From assembly GCA_030599585.1 (NCBI GenBank), contig JAUVNS010000036.1, positions 1 to 14,204 on the forward strand: a DNA stretch of 14,204 bases. The letters run 5' to 3'. The stretch's first letter is position 1. Each line of letters begins with the position of its first letter. Shown piece by piece: positions 14,075-14,204 of this stretch. The notes below the pieces were generated by a model. It made no database searches, was not told the DNA's origin, and saw nothing but the letters and a program-made list of their open reading frames with translations. The stretch is from Promethearchaeota archaeon (GTDB taxonomy: Archaea; Asgardarchaeota; Lokiarchaeia; Sigyniarchaeales; SOKP01). The position numbers and the translations under genes were made by a program.

Positions 14075-14203
14075 TTATTTTATAATATAATTATTGCCTT
14101 CTATGATAAACACAAATCTATTAAAAGTAAGGCCTTTTGGAGCCACGAATTTTAACTCTATGAATTGGGATATACCGTTATTATGATCTGCTCCCAACTC
14201 TTC
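14075..14203 (-). CDS. 3' end of a gene entering from beyond the window
   Basis: Minus frame is open from the window edge: EELGADHNNGISQFIELKFVAPKGLTFNRFVFIIEGNNYIIK*, stop at 14075-14077. Confidence 0.4.
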   Translation of the reverse strand, partial: EELGADHNNGISQFIELKFVAPKGLTFNRFVFIIEGNNYIIK

Positions 14204-14204
14204 G

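Noticed and set aside
1-14204. CRISPR array, tRNA/rRNA, diversity-generating retroelement, orphan RHS tip cassettes
   Set aside because: No regularly spaced repeats, no RNA gene signatures, no reverse transcriptase or TR/VR pair, and no second RHS core motif seen by eye.

Overview
AT-rich accessory region with no rRNA, tRNA or CRISPR array visible. The host may be a low-GC archaeon such as Lokiarchaeia, but this rests only on gene style and is weak. The centre is an intact, translationally coupled minus-strand gene pair. The first gene (6491-8917) encodes an 808-aa multidomain protein whose core has two long Ser/Thr/Gly-rich predicted beta-hairpins resembling a beta-pore-forming or translocation subunit, followed by a Pro/Trp-rich linker, a carboxypeptidase-regulatory-like domain and HhH/DUF4332-like modules. 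The second (2058-6491) encodes a 1477-aa RHS/YD-repeat protein with a DUF6531-like start, an intact RHS core and a 151-aa C-terminal tip with a His...Asp...Cys permuted papain-like signature. Neither protein has a signal peptide, the RHS has no PAAR/VgrG/WXG-type delivery domain, and there is no coupled immunity gene. The pair is a candidate undescribed two-component (pore + RHS cocoon) toxin delivery system. The flanks hold a truncated KTYP/VCTAG-family gene, a chimeric transposase remnant, a DUF2695-like gene, an IPT/TIG-domain protein, a 5'-truncated YprB-like exonuclease, a roughly 7-TM membrane protein and a frameshifted small membrane protein.
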